Below are positions 63,150-64,000 of a stretch of 64,000 nucleotides of DNA, piece after piece. Location: positions 74,080,331-74,144,330 of the forward strand of contig JAUZTB010000135.1 in the NCBI GenBank assembly GCA_034780895.1. The letters are read 5' to 3'. Source of the stretch: Rhynchobatus australiae (taxonomy: Eukaryota). The notes under the pieces were generated by a model, which was not told where the DNA came from, ran no database searches, and saw only the letters and a program-made list of their open reading frames with translations. The position numbers and the translations under genes were made by a program. The stretch's first letter is position 1. The number at the start of each line of letters is the position of its first letter.

Positions 63150-63650
63150 CCAAGGCTTAATATTGTACCATATAATGCTATACTAATCCCATTTGCCAGC
63201 ATTAATTCCATATCCCTCTACGCCCTGCCCATTCAAGTACCTGTCAAGATTCTCCTGAATGTTGTTACTGTTCCTACCTCTGGCAGTTCATTCCAGATGG
63301 CTACTATTCTTTGTATGAAAAGTTTATCCTTGAGATCCCCATTAAACTTTAAACCTATGGATCTCTGGGTTTAGACACCCCTACTGTTGGAAAGGGACAC
63401 TGGCTATCTACCCTGTCTAAGTCTCAATCATGTCACCTCTCAACTTCATTCAGTCCAGGGAAAACAGACACAATCTATCCAATTTCTCCTTGTAACTCAA
63501 GCCCTCTATCCAGGCCACATCCTTAGTAATCTTTTCTGTACCCTTTAGCTTAATTACATCCTTCGTTGGTATGGTGACCAGAACTGCACACTGTAGTGCA
63601 GCCTAACCAATGTTTTGTGCAACTGTAACATGATGTCCCAACTTTTATAT
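63150..63650 (-). mobile_element. CR1 LINE 3' fragment
   Basis: ggtgaccagaactgcacactgtagtgcagcctaacc is the reverse of a VRLH(LE)YSVQFWSP-like motif; 3' part extends to about 63170. Confidence 0.75.
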
Positions 63651-64000
63651 TCTTATATTGGATATTTATTAGTTATTTTCTTTCTGAGATGCCTGTGTGT
63701 TCACAAGTTTAAGGGAAAGCAAATCAAGAATATAGGTAGAGGTTATTTGCATTTCACCGAGATTTTTTTTGGAGGTAGTGGACCATAATAGAATTTGATC
63801 CCCAAAGAGCCTGCAAGATGCACAAAATCTATTTAAAAAGGAAATTGCTTTTAAATAATTGCAATTATATACCTATATCTGTTTCCTTACACAATTTAAA
63901 GTATTCCCCTAAAAATAAACGATATTGGTCTCTTTACTATAAAACTGAGGGTGAAGAAATTGATTAAATAGTATACATTTTAAAGCATTTTGTTTGGGAC

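Noticed and set aside
1-64000. CRISPR arrays, operons, rRNA or intact tRNA genes, intact autonomous retroelement ORFs
   Set aside because: None seen. The DNA is vertebrate intronic sequence, the tRNA-like boxes belong to SINE heads, and all transposon ORFs are broken.

Overview
This window is eukaryotic, AT-rich and CpG-depleted vertebrate DNA from a gappy draft assembly. The repeat content (HE1/V-type SINE, CR1, L2, Rex1/Babar, Penelope-like elements) points to a cartilaginous fish (shark or ray). The whole window lies inside one + strand gene, a group III chromodomain helicase that best matches CHD7. Seven internal coding exons (equivalent to human CHD7 exons 3-9) have canonical AG/GT sites and compatible phases, and they splice to 936 nt (312 codons). 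They encode the Lys-rich N-terminal region, chromodomain 1 and the start of chromodomain 2; the gene's start and end are outside the window. The introns are filled with decayed transposons, including a Tc1 IR/DR element with TA target duplication. Most notable observations: (1) minimal hammerhead-ribozyme motifs with a covarying helix I in the Penelope terminal repeats; (2) recurrent inverted, hairpin-forming Penelope ends; (3) CHD8/CHD9-type motifs retained in this CHD7; (4) a dense E-box/RFX enhancer candidate in the 29-kb intron; (5) two Rex1 insertions at nearly the same site of one host LINE family. Family assignments come from motif recall, not database searches, and repeat boundaries are approximate. 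I found no convincing evidence for a wholly new biological system.
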